Notes: generated from the sequence alone by a model not told the origin. DNA of 64,000 bases from an uncultured Methylomirabilota bacterium (GCA_963845565.1 CAWJSJ010000004.1:129298-193297); one strand, 5' to 3'. Positions 10,591-19,056 are shown, counted from the stretch's first letter. A program made the numbers and translations.

Positions 10591-12405
10591 ATGGGTGAAT
10601 CGGACACCAAGATGAACTCGCTGCGCAAGACGGTGCGGAGGCTCTCGGGGCAGGAGCCGCGATCGGAGGCCGGGAGTCCGCAACCCAGCGGCCAATACGA
10701 GACGGACAACGACAACCTTCAGGCGCAGGTCAAGGCGCTGGAAGAAGAGATGTTCCACCTGCGTCGGCGGCTGGAGCAGACGCCGCGGGAGTTCGAGTTC
10801 CTGCGCAACAAGCTGAGCCAGTCGCGGGAGCAGTTGGACCACGCGCAGGCGCAGAACGAGCGGCTGGCGGGTGTGCTCGGCCAAGCAAAGGATCAGATCG
10901 CGGCGCTCCGCGCCGAGGTGGATAAGCTGGCGGCTCCGCCGTCCAGTTACGGGACGATCCTCCAGGTCCATCCGGACGACACGGTGGACGTGTGGACCGG
11001 CGGGCGGAAGCTCAAGGTGAACGTCACTCCCAGCGTGGATCCGGCGGCGCTGCGCCGCGGCCGCGAGGTGGTGCTGAACGAGGCGCTGAACGTCGTGGAT
11101 CTGAGCGGCGGCGACCCGCAGGGCGAGATCGTCCGCCTGAAGGACCGCCTGGACGAGACGCGCGCCATGGTGACGCTGCGTGCCGACGAGGAGCGGGTGG
11201 TCGAACTGGCGGCCGACCTCGCCGCCGCCTTGCAGCCGGGGGACCTGCTGCGCCTGGACGCCAAAGCGGGGGTGGTCCTGGAGAAGCTCCCCAAGGCGGA
11301 GGTCGAGGATCTCGTCTTGGAAGAGGTCCCCAACATCACCTACACCGATATCGGCGGGTTGGCGGCGCAGATCGACCAGATCCGCGACGCCATCGAGCTG
11401 CCGGTCCTGTACGCCGACCACTTTGCGGTGCACAAGCTCTCGCCCCCCAAGGGGGTGCTGCTGTACGGGCCGCCGGGGTGCGGCAAGACGCTCATCGCCA
11501 AAGCGGTGGCCAATGCCTTGGCGCAGCAGCTCAGCCGCCAGACCGGCACGCCCAGCCGGGCGTACTTCCTCAACGTGAAGGGGCCCGAACTGCTCAACAA
11601 GTACGTGGGCGAAACAGAGCGGAAGCTCCGCGAGATCTTCGCCCGCGCTCGGGAGAAGGCCAGCGCCGGTGCCCCCGTGGTCATCTTCTTCGACGAGATG
11701 GATTCCCTCTTCCGGACGCGCGGATCGGGCATCTCCTCGGACGTGGAATCCACCATCGTCCCGCAGTTCTTGGCGGAGCTGGACGGCGTGGAGGGGCTCC
11801 GGCATGTGATCGTGATCGGCGCCAGCAACCGGCAGGACCTGATCGATCCGGCCGTCCTCCGGCCGGGCCGCTTCGACGTGAAGATCCGCATCGACCGCCC
11901 CAACCGGGAGGCGGCGCGCGAGATCTTCGCCAAGTACCTGACGACCGATCTGCCGTGGGCCGCCCCGGCGTTGGCAGCCCACGGGGACGACCCGGCGGCC
12001 ACGGCGGCCGCCCTGATCGAGGAGGCGCTGACGGAGATGTTTTCCGGCGACGACGCCCACCGTTTCCTGGAGGTCACCTATGCGTCCGGGGAGAAGGAGA
12101 CGCTCTACTTCAAGGACTTCGTGAGTGGGGCGATGATCGAGAGCGTCTGCACGCGGGCCAAGAAGACGGCGGTCAAGCGCATGATCACCACCGGCGTCAA
12201 GGGGATCGGTGCGGCGGATCTGACGGACGCGGTCAAGGCGGAGTTCCGGGAGAACGAGGATCTTCCCAACACCACCAACCCCGACGACTGGGCCAAGATT
12301 GCCGGCCGCCGCGGGGAACGCATCGTGCATGTCCGGCCGGTGTTCGACCGCGAAGCGAAGAAGCCCCGCAAGGTCGAGAACATCAGCACGGGCCACTATC
12401 TCTGA
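10591..12405 (+). CDS. mpa: Proteasome-associated AAA ATPase Mpa/ARC
   Basis: N-terminal coiled coil, OB region, Walker A GPPGCGKT, C-terminal GHYL (Mpa GQYL-type tail); ATG 10591 follows GGAGG (ORF opens at GTG 10570). Confidence 0.95.
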   Translation: MGESDTKMNSLRKTVRRLSGQEPRSEAGSPQPSGQYETDNDNLQAQVKALEEEMFHLRRRLEQTPREFEFLRNKLSQSREQLDHAQAQNERLAGVLGQAKDQIAALRAEVDKLAAPPSSYGTILQVHPDDTVDVWTGGRKLKVNVTPSVDPAALRRGREVVLNEALNVVDLSGGDPQGEIVRLKDRLDETRAMVTLRADEERVVELAADLAAALQPGDLLRLDAKAGVVLEKLPKAEVEDLVLEEVPNITYTDIGGLAAQIDQIRDAIELPVLYADHFAVHKLSPPKGVLLYGPPGCGKTLIAKAVANALAQQLSRQTGTPSRAYFLNVKGPELLNKYVGETERKLREIFARAREKASAGAPVVIFFDEMDSLFRTRGSGISSDVESTIVPQFLAELDGVEGLRHVIVIGASNRQDLIDPAVLRPGRFDVKIRIDRPNREAAREIFAKYLTTDLPWAAPALAAHGDDPAATAAALIEEALTEMFSGDDAHRFLEVTYASGEKETLYFKDFVSGAMIESVCTRAKKTAVKRMITTGVKGIGAADLTDAVKAEFRENEDLPNTTNPDDWAKIAGRRGERIVHVRPVFDREAKKPRKVENISTGHYL

Positions 12406-12513
12406 GCCCCGACCCCGCGTTCCGAATCCCCCGAGAGGCGAACCGCCGCGTGGGGCGGCGGTGTGGGTGACCAGCCGTGCGGCGCTGCGGCGCCGTACCG
12501 AAAGGATAGCTGC

Positions 12514-13998
12514 ATGGCGATCGAGAAGATCATGGGGAGCGAGACGGAGCTCGGCATCACTACCCACACCGCGTCCGGTTTCGATCCCGTGGGCGGCGCC
12601 ATCTTTCTGATCAACGCCGTGCCCGAGGAGGCGTCCTCGCGGGCGTTGTGGGACTACACGGGAGAGAACCCACTCCTGGACGCGCGGGGCTACGAGGCGA
12701 CCGGAGAACGCGAGCGGCCCACGGCCCAGGATAACCGTGCGCTCAACAAGGTGCTGGCGAACGGCGGGCGCCTCTACGTCGACGGCGCCCACCCCGAGTA
12801 CTCGACCCCCGAGACCAGCAACGCCCGGGATCTCGTGCTGTTCGAAAAAGCCGGGGAGCGGCTGGCCGACGCCTGCCGCGAGGCGGCCAACCGAACGCTT
12901 CCGCCGCACCAGCAGTTGGTGCTGTACAAGAACAACAGCGACGGCAAAGGGAACAGCTACGGCTATCATGAGAACTACCTGGTGGCCCGGAGCGTGCCCT
13001 TCGAGCGGTTGGTGGAGGCGTTGACCCCGTTCTTGGTTTCCCGCATCGTCGTGGCGGGTGCGGGCAAGGTGGGGGCCGAGAACGGCGCCGAGCCCTGCGC
13101 CTACCAGATCTCCCAGCGGGCCGATTTCTTCGAGACGCTGATCGGTTTGGATACCATGGCGAAGCGGCCGATCATCAACACCCGCGACGAGCCCCACGCC
13201 GACGAGGAGCGGTACCGCCGCCTCCACGTCATCGTGGGCGACTCCAACCTGGCCGAGGTGAGCACCTACCTCAAGGTCGGGACCACGGCCCTGGTGCTGG
13301 CCATGGTGGAGGACGGCGCCCTCCGGAAGGACCTCGCCCTGGAAGATCCGGTGCGGGCCATCAAGGAGATCTCCCACGACACCACCTGCACCCGGAAGGT
13401 CCGCCTGAAGCGGGGGACGGAGGTCTCGGCGGTCGAACTCCAGCGGGAGTACCTGGAGCTGGCGCAGGCCTACTACGCCACGGTCGAGCAGTCCCCCCAG
13501 GTCACCGACCTCCTGGAGCGCTGGGACCGGGTCCTGACCCAGCTCGCCGAGGACCCCCGCCAGTGCGCCCGGGAGCTGGACTGGGTCATCAAGCAGGCGC
13601 TCCTCGAGGCGTACACCAGCCGGAAGGGGATCGGGTTCGACGATCAGCGCGTCAGCATGCTGGATCTGCAGTACCACGATCTTCGCATGGACAAGGGGCT
13701 GTACTACCGGTTGGAGCGAGAGGGAATGGTGGAGCGGCTGCTCAGCGACGAGGAGATTGGCCGGGCCATGCACCTGCCCCCCACGGACACCCGGGCCTAT
13801 TTCCGGGGGACGTGCGTGCGGCGTTTCGGGGCGCAGGTGTGCGGCGCCAGCTGGACGTCCATCCTGCTGGACACCGGGGACGCCGCCGTGAAGCGCATCC
13901 CCATGGCGGAACCCGCGCGAGGGACGCGGAAACTGGTGGGCGAGATCCTGGAGCGCGCGGACAGCGTGAAGGATCTCCTGGAGCGACTGGCCGGGTAG
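12514..13998 (+). CDS. dop: Pup deamidase/depupylase Dop
   Basis: MAIEKIMGSETELGI..., carries the extra ~35-residue insertion (WDYTGENPLLDARGYEATGERERPTAQDNRALN) absent from the paralogue; 494 aa. Confidence 0.9.
   Translation: MAIEKIMGSETELGITTHTASGFDPVGGAIFLINAVPEEASSRALWDYTGENPLLDARGYEATGERERPTAQDNRALNKVLANGGRLYVDGAHPEYSTPETSNARDLVLFEKAGERLADACREAANRTLPPHQQLVLYKNNSDGKGNSYGYHENYLVARSVPFERLVEALTPFLVSRIVVAGAGKVGAENGAEPCAYQISQRADFFETLIGLDTMAKRPIINTRDEPHADEERYRRLHVIVGDSNLAEVSTYLKVGTTALVLAMVEDGALRKDLALEDPVRAIKEISHDTTCTRKVRLKRGTEVSAVELQREYLELAQAYYATVEQSPQVTDLLERWDRVLTQLAEDPRQCARELDWVIKQALLEAYTSRKGIGFDDQRVSMLDLQYHDLRMDKGLYYRLEREGMVERLLSDEEIGRAMHLPPTDTRAYFRGTCVRRFGAQVCGASWTSILLDTGDAAVKRIPMAEPARGTRKLVGEILERADSVKDLLERLAG
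13171..13679 (+). repeat. 509-bp block identical to 16278-16786 (inside dop)
   Basis: Line-by-line comparison shows no mismatch or indel at constant offset 3107. Confidence 0.9.
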
Positions 13999-14094
13999 GG
14001 ACAACAGGACAATCCGGCACGCCGGCAATTGGGCGACTTGGCGATCCGGAAATCAGGCGACAGGGCGGATGGTCCGTCCCGTCTCCTGGCGGCC

Positions 14095-14128
14095 GAATTG
14101 CGGAATTGTCAAATTGCGGCTAATCAAC
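14095..14128 (+). promoter_or_regulatory. AT-rich triple AATTG repeat upstream of prcB (possible operator/promoter)
   Basis: GAATTGCGGAATTGTCAAATTGCGGCTAATCAAC; AATTG at 14096, 14104 and 14112 (8-bp spacing), just before the prcB RBS. Confidence 0.3.
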
Positions 14129-14146
14129 GACGGAGGCGAGAGGCCT

Positions 14147-14944
14147 GTGGACGTCCATTTCAGTCGACATGACGCGGGATCCAGCTTTTTCGACTTGGTG
14201 CGGGAGCGTGAGCCGAATCTCCTGCCGCGGTTCGCGCCGGGGCGGGAGGGAGGCGAAGGAATGCCGGGGGTGCCGGTGGGCACGACCGTTCTGGCGCTGA
14301 AGTACCAGGCCGGCGTGGTGATCGCCGGCGACCGGCAGGCCACCGAGGGATACCAGGTGGCCTCGCGGCGGATCGAGAAAGTGTACGCTGCCGACGAGTA
14401 TTCCGCCGTCGCGATCGCCGGCGCGGCCGGGCCCTGTATCGAGATGGTCCGACTGTTCCAGACGGAGCTGGCCCATTACGAGAAGATCGAGGGGATGCAC
14501 CTGAGTCTGGAGGGAAAGGCCAACCGGCTGGCCCAGATGGTGCGCGCCAACCTCCCGCTGGCAATGCAGGGCCTACTGGTGGTGCCCATCTTCGCGGGCT
14601 ACGACCTGAAACGCAGCGAGGGGCGGATCTTCAAGTACGACGTCGCCGGGGGGCGTTACGAGGAAGCGGAATATTTCTCCATCGGCTCCGGCGGCAAGGA
14701 CGCCCGCTCCAGCTTGAAGAAGTTGTACCGGCCCGGCCTCGCCGAGGAGGAGGCCGTGCGCACGGCCCTGGAGGCGCTCTACGACGCCGCCGACGAGGAC
14801 CGCGGGACGGGCGGCCCCGATTTCGTGCGGGGCATCTTTCCGACCGTGAAGCTGGTCACGAGGGGCGGGGCGCTGGACGTTCCCGAGGATCGGGTGGCGA
14901 GCGCCTGCGCGGCGATCGCGGAGGCACGCAAGACGGCCGCCTGA
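14147..14944 (+). CDS. prcB: Proteasome beta subunit with propeptide
   Basis: Propeptide SSFFDLVREREPNLLP, processing site VG/TTVLALKY; GTG 14147 follows GGAGG (ORF opens at ATG 14069). Confidence 0.9.
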   Translation: MDVHFSRHDAGSSFFDLVREREPNLLPRFAPGREGGEGMPGVPVGTTVLALKYQAGVVIAGDRQATEGYQVASRRIEKVYAADEYSAVAIAGAAGPCIEMVRLFQTELAHYEKIEGMHLSLEGKANRLAQMVRANLPLAMQGLLVVPIFAGYDLKRSEGRIFKYDVAGGRYEEAEYFSIGSGGKDARSSLKKLYRPGLAEEEAVRTALEALYDAADEDRGTGGPDFVRGIFPTVKLVTRGGALDVPEDRVASACAAIAEARKTAA

Positions 14945-14999
14945 GTGGTGGGCGACCGATCGTCCCCATCACCGCCGGCCCATCGAGAAGGATGACATC

Positions 15000-15689
15000 A
15001 TGCCCTTACCGTATTACGTGTCGCCCGAGCAGATGATGCAGGATAAGGCGGAGTACGCCCGCAAGGGCATCGCCAAAGGCAAGTCCATCATCGCCCTGGA
15101 GTATGCCGGCGGTGTGCTGATCGTGGCCGAGAACCCCAGCGCGTCGCTCAACAAAGTCTCGGAGCTCTACGACCGGATCGCCTTCGCCGGGGCCGGCAAG
15201 TACGGCGAGTTCGAGCGACTGCGCAAGGAGGGGATCCGGTACGCGGACATGAAGGGCTACGCCTACGGGCGGGAGGACGTCACCGCCAAATCGCTCGCCA
15301 ACGCGTACTCCCAGGTGATCGGGAATATCTTCAGCATGGAGATCAAGCCGCTCGAGGCGGAGATCCTCGTCCTGGAAGTGGGCGAGGAGGCCGACGTGAA
15401 CGAGCTCTACCGGATCGCGTTCGACGGAAGCATCGCCGACGAGAAGGGCTACACCAGCATCGGGGGCCAGGCGGAGGAGCTGAAACTGTTCCTGAAGGAC
15501 AAGTTCGCCGAGGGGCTCGGCCTCGAGGCGGCCCTGCAGATGGCCACGCGCGCCCTGGAGGCGGCGGCCAGCCAGAAGGTGAAGGCCGCGACCCTGGAGG
15601 TTGCGGTCCTGGATCGGGCCCGGCTGGGGCGAAAGTTTCGACGGCTGCCCCAGGCGGAGTTGCGGGCCATGGTCGAGGCGGGCGGCTAG
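15000..15689 (+). CDS. prcA: Proteasome alpha subunit
   Basis: MPLPYYVSPEQMMQDKAEYARKGIAKGKS...; 229 aa. Confidence 0.9.
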   Translation: MPLPYYVSPEQMMQDKAEYARKGIAKGKSIIALEYAGGVLIVAENPSASLNKVSELYDRIAFAGAGKYGEFERLRKEGIRYADMKGYAYGREDVTAKSLANAYSQVIGNIFSMEIKPLEAEILVLEVGEEADVNELYRIAFDGSIADEKGYTSIGGQAEELKLFLKDKFAEGLGLEAALQMATRALEAAASQKVKAATLEVAVLDRARLGRKFRRLPQAELRAMVEAGG

Positions 15690-15710
15690 GCGCCGCGCCG
15701 TGTGACCGCC

Positions 15711-17069
15711 ATGCAGCGGCGGATCTTTGGCCTGGAAACCGAATACGGCCTGATCTCCTCCTCCACCGGGGGGACCATGAGCCTCTCGGTCGAGAGCGCG
15801 CTGGGCTACCTTTTCGAAAAGGTGGTGTCGCGGCAGCGCGGCACCAACGACTTTCTGCGCAACGGGGCGCGGCTGTATCAGGACACCGGGTGCCACCCCG
15901 AGTATGCGACCCCCGAGTGCGACAATCCTCTGGAACTCACCCTGCACGACAAGGCCGGCGAGCGGATCGTCGAGGAGTTGCTGCTCACCGCGGAGCAGCG
16001 ACTGCGCGACGGCGGGATTGCCTGCGACATCTTCGTCTTCAAGAACAACACCGATTCCGTCGGGAACACGTACGGCTGTCACGAGAACTACCTGGTGGAG
16101 CGCACGGTCAACTTCCACAAGCTGGCCGAACTGCTCATCCCCTTCTTCGTGACCCGGCAGGTGTTCGCCGGTGCCGGGAAGGTGTTGAAGACCCGCCTGG
16201 GGAATCATTATTATATCTCCCAGCGGGCGCAGCATATTTACCAGGAGATTTCGGGGGCCACCACCAGCTCGCGGGGTATCATCAACACCCGCGACGAGCC
16301 CCACGCCGACGAGGAGCGGTACCGCCGCCTCCACGTCATCGTGGGCGACTCCAACCTGGCCGAGGTGAGCACCTACCTCAAGGTCGGGACCACGGCCCTG
16401 GTGCTGGCCATGGTGGAGGACGGCGCCCTCCGGAAGGACCTCGCCCTGGAAGATCCGGTGCGGGCCATCAAGGAGATCTCCCACGACACCACCTGCACCC
16501 GGAAGGTCCGCCTGAAGCGGGGGACGGAGGTCTCGGCGGTCGAACTCCAGCGGGAGTACCTGGAGCTGGCGCAGGCCTACTACGCCACGGTCGAGCAGTC
16601 CCCCCAGGTCACCGACCTCCTGGAGCGCTGGGACCGGGTCCTGACCCAGCTCGCCGAGGACCCCCGCCAGTGCGCCCGGGAGCTGGACTGGGTCATCAAG
16701 CAGGCGCTCCTCGAGGCGTACACCAGCCGGAAGGGGATCGGGTTCGACGATCAGCGCGTCAGCATGCTGGATCTGCAGTACCACGACGTGCGGCGCGATC
16801 GCGGGTTCTACTCCATGCTCTGCCGCGCGGGAAAGGTGGACCGGCTTTTCGACGATGCGACGATCGAGCGGGCCATGACGATCCCACCCCAGACCACGCG
16901 GGCCAAGGTCCGGTCGGACTTCATCAACTTTGCCACCGAACGGAACAAGTCCTACGATGTGGGCTGGTCGTATCTGAAGCTGAACGATCGGTACCAGCGG
17001 ACCATCCTCTGCAAGGATCCGTTCAAGCCGTTCGATCCGCGCGTGGAAGAGTTGATCAACTCGGCTTGA
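15711..17069 (+). CDS. pafA: Pup-protein ligase PafA
   Basis: MQRRIFGLETEYGL..., lacks the Dop insertion; C-terminus DPFKPFDPRVEELI. Confidence 0.9.
   Translation: MQRRIFGLETEYGLISSSTGGTMSLSVESALGYLFEKVVSRQRGTNDFLRNGARLYQDTGCHPEYATPECDNPLELTLHDKAGERIVEELLLTAEQRLRDGGIACDIFVFKNNTDSVGNTYGCHENYLVERTVNFHKLAELLIPFFVTRQVFAGAGKVLKTRLGNHYYISQRAQHIYQEISGATTSSRGIINTRDEPHADEERYRRLHVIVGDSNLAEVSTYLKVGTTALVLAMVEDGALRKDLALEDPVRAIKEISHDTTCTRKVRLKRGTEVSAVELQREYLELAQAYYATVEQSPQVTDLLERWDRVLTQLAEDPRQCARELDWVIKQALLEAYTSRKGIGFDDQRVSMLDLQYHDVRRDRGFYSMLCRAGKVDRLFDDATIERAMTIPPQTTRAKVRSDFINFATERNKSYDVGWSYLKLNDRYQRTILCKDPFKPFDPRVEELINSA
16278..16786 (+). repeat. 509-bp block identical to 13171-13679 (inside pafA)
   Basis: See partner copy. 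Confidence 0.9.
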
Positions 17070-17187
17070 GGGGTTACAGTAGAGAGGTAGTTGGGGGAAA
17101 GGTGCGGGGTCACCCGGGACCCGGCGGTTTCGGGTACATGGCGTCGGATGCCTTGAGTGCACGGCTCACGAAAGGAGAGGGACCACC

Positions 17188-17679
17188 ATGTTGTCCAAGA
17201 CCATGCAGGACGCGGTGAACGAGCAGATTCAGAAGGAGTACTATTCGTCGTACCTGTATCTGGCCATGTCCGCCTACTGCGAGGCGAACAATCTCCCGGG
17301 CTCCGCCAGGTGGATGCGGCTGCAGAGCCAGGAAGAGCTGTCTCACGCGATGAAGCTGTATGACCACGTGTGCGATCGGGGTGGGCGGGTGACCCTGCAG
17401 GCCCTCCAGCAGCCGCCGGCCGAGTACAAGTCGGCCCTGGACATCTTTCAGAAGGTCCTGGAGCATGAGCAACACGTGACCGCCTCCATCCACAAACTGT
17501 ACGCCTTGGCCGTCAAGGAGAACGATTATCCCGGACAGATCGCGCTTCAGTGGTTCGTCACGGAGCAGGTGGAGGAAGAGAAGAACGCCGGCTTGATCGT
17601 GGAGCAGCTGAAGGCGGTCGGCGAGAGCAAGACCTCGCTGATGCTACTGGACCGGGCTCTCGGCAAACGGGGTCAGTAG
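17188..17679 (+). CDS. ftn: Ferritin (non-haem, Ftn type)
   Basis: NEQIQKEYYSSYLYLAMSAY...QEELSHAMKLYDH ferroxidase-centre residues. Confidence 0.9.
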   Translation: MLSKTMQDAVNEQIQKEYYSSYLYLAMSAYCEANNLPGSARWMRLQSQEELSHAMKLYDHVCDRGGRVTLQALQQPPAEYKSALDIFQKVLEHEQHVTASIHKLYALAVKENDYPGQIALQWFVTEQVEEEKNAGLIVEQLKAVGESKTSLMLLDRALGKRGQ

Positions 17680-17725
17680 GACGACACCTCCGGCGCCCAT
17701 TTCGCGGCGGCGGACACACGACCAG

Positions 17726-17756
17726 GCGGGGCGGCGTGGATGACACGCCGCCCCGC
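17726..17756. terminator. 13-bp perfect hairpin between convergent ferritin and deaminase genes
   Basis: GCGGGGCGGCGTG-GATGA-CACGCCGCCCCGC; no clear T-tract. Confidence 0.5.
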
Positions 17757-17808
17757 GGCTATTTGGCGGTCCGGCGTCGCCAAGCGTGCCACCGGGCGGC
17801 CTCCGGCC

Positions 17809-18393
17809 CTATGGTGTCCGGACGCCGCCGTAGACGGGCCCGCCGTTGTCCACATACTGCCGGAGGACGGCGGCGGCCTCGCCGCGGCGCACGTCCCGGG
17901 TCACGCCAATGCCCCTCCGTTCCAGCAGTCCGGGCCAGTTGACGGGCTTGTCCCCTTCATCGAATCCCACCGCGCGGGCATCCTCGTCCCGCGCGCCGCA
18001 GGCCAGCCGCCGGATTCCCGACCACGGAAGAGATCCGAGACACATCGCACACGGCTCGGTGCTCGTCACGAGTTCAAAAGGGGGAAGACCGGCCGCGCCG
18101 AGATCGTGGGTGCCCATCAATCGTTGCGCGATGGCGATGGCCACCATCTCGGCGTGGGCGACGGCACACCCCAGGGGGACGACCAGATTGACGCCGGGCG
18201 CCACCAGGGTGTGACGCCGCGAGTCGAATACCGCCGCCGCGAACGGGCCCCCTGTTCCCCGGCGCACGTTCTGGCGGGACAATTCGATCACGACCTGCAT
18301 TCGGTCGTCGATCGCCGGATAGCTCTGGGTCGGATCCGGGACCACCTCGTCAACCCAGTCGGGCAGCCGAAGTGTCACCTCGGGATACCGCAT
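17809..18393 (-). CDS. CMP/dCMP-type zinc deaminase (guanine/nucleoside deaminase-like)
   Basis: HAEMVAI ... PCAMCLG zinc motifs; ATG 18393 preceded by GGAGG; the upstream part of the 368-aa ORF is non-coding. Confidence 0.85.
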   Translation of the reverse strand: MRYPEVTLRLPDWVDEVVPDPTQSYPAIDDRMQVVIELSRQNVRRGTGGPFAAAVFDSRRHTLVAPGVNLVVPLGCAVAHAEMVAIAIAQRLMGTHDLGAAGLPPFELVTSTEPCAMCLGSLPWSGIRRLACGARDEDARAVGFDEGDKPVNWPGLLERRGIGVTRDVRRGEAAAVLRQYVDNGGPVYGGVRTP

Positions 18394-18625
18394 TTCCACC
18401 ACCCTCCTTGCGGTTTCGCATGCACCGTCCATGCTCCGTGCGGTCACGCGCGAAACCGGCCCGCCATGGAGACGAGCAGCTCGTTCTTCATCGTGTTGAG
18501 CAAGAGCGCCACCCCCTAGCCCGCATTTTTCGCGAACACAGCTCGCGAAGAATGCGGACTTAATAGGAACCCCTGGGGGCGGCGGTCCGGAACGGATCAG
18601 GCGTCGCCGGTGCACGATGACACCG

Positions 18626-18678
18626 CACCCATCCTGGCGGATCGGGTACCCGTCCGTCAGGATGGGTGCCCGATCCGC
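18626..18678. other. Interleaved complementary segments (A-B-loop-A'-B'), candidate RNA switch/pseudoknot
   Basis: A CACCCATCCTG (18626-36) pairs with A' CAGGATGGGTG (18658-68); B GCGGATCGGG (18637-46) pairs with B' CCCGATCCGC (18669-78). Confidence 0.4.
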
Positions 18679-18923
18679 CCGCCGCCACGTCTCCTCCCGC
18701 TGCAGGCGGGAATGGCTACGCGTCAGGTCAGCCCGGATTCTTCGCGAATCCTTCGTGAATAATCCGGGCGAGCGGAGGCCGCCGGTCCGCACGGATGCGC
18801 CGAGTGTCCGACAGTGTGATCCCCTCCCAGGGTCCGACCGAAGTATCGCGTACGCCTGGCGGGGGCTCAAGGGGAGAAGGGTGCTGCGGCGGATGTCGCG
18901 CGGTTCTCCTGACAACTCGGGGG

Positions 18924-19056
18924 GCGGAGATGGGGGAGCGGAGAGCCGAGAGCGTAGGCTGGAGACCGGAGGGTCGAGCCGCGAAAACCGAGCGCCGAGA
19001 ACCGCGGGCAGACTTCCGAATGCTGAACGCTGATAACTGAACGCCGAAAGCTAGAA
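18924..19056. repeat. Heptanucleotide-periodic tandem array (19 units)
   Basis: GCGGAGA TGGGGGA GCGGAGA GCCGAGA GCGTAGG CTGGAGA CCGGAGG GTCGAGC CGCGAAA ACCGAGC GCCGAGA ACCGCGG GCAGACT TCCGAAT GCTGAAC GCTGATA ACTGAAC GCCGAAA GCTAGAA. Confidence 0.8.

Noticed and set aside
10504-14028. 1174-aa minus-strand ORF covering mpa and dop (and the similar 718-aa ORF at 15006-17162)
   Set aside because: It is antisense to well-supported plus-strand genes, with Arg/Pro/Gly/His-rich low-complexity translation typical of shadow ORFs in GC-rich DNA. The shared segment in the two shadows simply mirrors the dop/pafA identical block.
17740-18519. 259-aa plus-strand ORF opposite the deaminase gene
   Set aside because: The minus-strand product has clear HAE/PCxxC deaminase motifs and an RBS. 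The plus-strand ORF is a shadow.
18924-19056. Could the tandem arrays (also 22650-22761, 41716-41792, 55404-55615) be CRISPR arrays?
   Set aside because: The units are 7 bp with no unique spacers of 25-40 bp. There are no cas genes and no leader. They are short tandem repeats, not CRISPRs.
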